DNA of 28,697 nucleotides, from the NCBI GenBank assembly GCA_041498975.1, contig JBGQJI010000016.1, positions 1 through 28,697 on the forward strand, written 5' to 3'. The position numbers and the translations under genes were made by a program. The notes under the pieces are model-generated. The model had not been told where the DNA came from. It saw nothing but the letters and a program-made list of their open reading frames with translations, and ran no database searches. Positions 27,721 to 28,697 of this stretch are shown in pieces (position 1 is the stretch's first letter; the number at the start of each line of letters is the position of its first letter). The stretch is from Candidatus Methylomirabilis sp. GTDB taxonomy: Bacteria; Methylomirabilota; Methylomirabilia; Methylomirabilales; Methylomirabilaceae.

Positions 27721-28434
27721 CTACTGGCCGGTTAGTTCCGCGAATCGAATGACTTCGTGCCGCTCGCGGAGCGTCCGCACGGCCTCCTCAGGCGTCCGTA
27801 CGGCGCCGCCATCGAGTGGCACGTCGATCAGGTAGAAACCTGCCGGCGAGGGCCCGTCCACGATTATGGCCCTCAGCTCACCCAGTGCCGCTCGGATCGC
27901 CTTTTCGACGGCCTCCTCCTTGAAGGCGACGCGGAGGCGAGCCCGCGGTCCAGAGGGCTGCCCGGAGATCGTGGGGCCAGTCAGTGTCCGATACTCGAGG
28001 CTGCGCCCGGACGGGCCTCTTGCCACCAAGCCCACGATGACGGCGACCTGGAGGGCGATAAGAACGAGGGCGGCGAGGGCCCAGCCGGGCCGAAGGGCCG
28101 GTCGGATCCGATCGACAAGCCAGGCCCACGTCGAGCGATCCTGCTGGCCACCGGTCCTTGGCGCCGATCGGTCGGTGGCTGCTGGAGCCTTGGCGATCTG
28201 TCCCTTGACCTTCTGCCAGAGGGCCGCTGAGGGGTCCGGCGCCTCGGCCAGGCTACGGCGCAAGCCTGCCTGAACCTTCAGCAGAGCTACCAACTCATCC
28301 GGGCAGATTGCGCACGAGGCAAGGTGATCTTCAACGGCCCGCCGTTCCTCCTGAGTTAATGTCCCGTTGACATACCAGGGGAGCAGCGTGGCCGCCTCAT
28401 GATCGCATGGTGCGGCCTGGTCGGCGTGCCTCAT
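27721..28434 (-). CDS. zf-HC2 (ZAS) anti-sigma factor with single TM and extracytoplasmic C-terminal domain
   Basis: LLPWYVNGTL...VEDHLASCAIC (HxxxCxxC), TM WALAALVLIALQVAVIVGLV; ATGA overlap with the sigma gene. Confidence 0.92.
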   Translation of the reverse strand: MRHADQAAPCDHEAATLLPWYVNGTLTQEERRAVEDHLASCAICPDELVALLKVQAGLRRSLAEAPDPSAALWQKVKGQIAKAPAATDRSAPRTGGQQDRSTWAWLVDRIRPALRPGWALAALVLIALQVAVIVGLVARGPSGRSLEYRTLTGPTISGQPSGPRARLRVAFKEEAVEKAIRAALGELRAIIVDGPSPAGFYLIDVPLDGGAVRTPEEAVRTLRERHEVIRFAELTGQ

Positions 28435-28697
28435 GTCACCTCCCTGGAAAAGATCGCACTCAACACCTCCCGCAGGCGTCGCTTCGCGTGGAACATCCGC
28501 GTTTTCACCGTATTGACGGGGCACCCGGCGACCTCCGCAATCTCCTGGTAGGAGAAGCCATGCATGAAGGTCAGCTCCACGACCTGCCGATGCTCTGGCG
28601 TAAGATGCTCCATAGCAGCCCGGACATGAGAGGCCCTCTCTCGGCGAGCGATCTCGTCTGCGGGTCCCGGGGCTGGATCCTTGAGCTGCGCAATCAT
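28431..28697 (-). CDS. ECF RNA polymerase sigma factor (3' part, region 4; 5' end outside window)
   Basis: LTPEHRQVVELTFMHGFSYQEIAEVAGCPVNTVKTRMFHAKRRL. Confidence 0.93.
   Translation of the reverse strand: MIAQLKDPAPGPADEIARRERASHVRAAMEHLTPEHRQVVELTFMHGFSYQEIAEVAGCPVNTVKTRMFHAKRRLREVLSAIFSREVT

Noticed and set aside
27257..27835. 192-aa and 306-aa plus-strand ORFs in the ECF array
   Set aside because: They span promoters and antisense anti-sigma sequence; their mutual similarity only reflects the duplication

Overview
GC-rich bacterial genomic window with almost all genes on the minus strand. Gene style and intergenic repeats tentatively suggest an NC10/Methylomirabilota-like organism (inference only). 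In + coordinates it holds: (1) a large secreted Gly/Thr-rich surface protein with an IPTL-CTERM-like tail, downstream of two NarL-type response regulators; (2) a decayed IS1-like element with 31-bp TIRs carrying a DUF5678-like/aspartyl protease pair and a small basic KGG protein; (3) an EamA transporter; (4) an uncharacterised 7-gene cluster built on a GlmL/MutL-like ASKHA ATPase and a DUF6754-like membrane module, following gap-pgk-tpiA-secG and interrupted by heptamer repeats, REP-like palindromes, MITEs and a REP-flanked GIY-YIG gene; (5) a protealysin-like M4 protease with its emfourin-like inhibitor; (6) an ECF sigma/zf-HC2 anti-sigma pair followed by five secreted-protein genes. Six copies of an ECF-type promoter (TGAACC-N16-CGAC) and decayed duplicate modules lie in that last array. 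The best candidates for undescribed systems are the ECF-driven secreted-protein array and the GlmL/DUF6754 membrane cluster.
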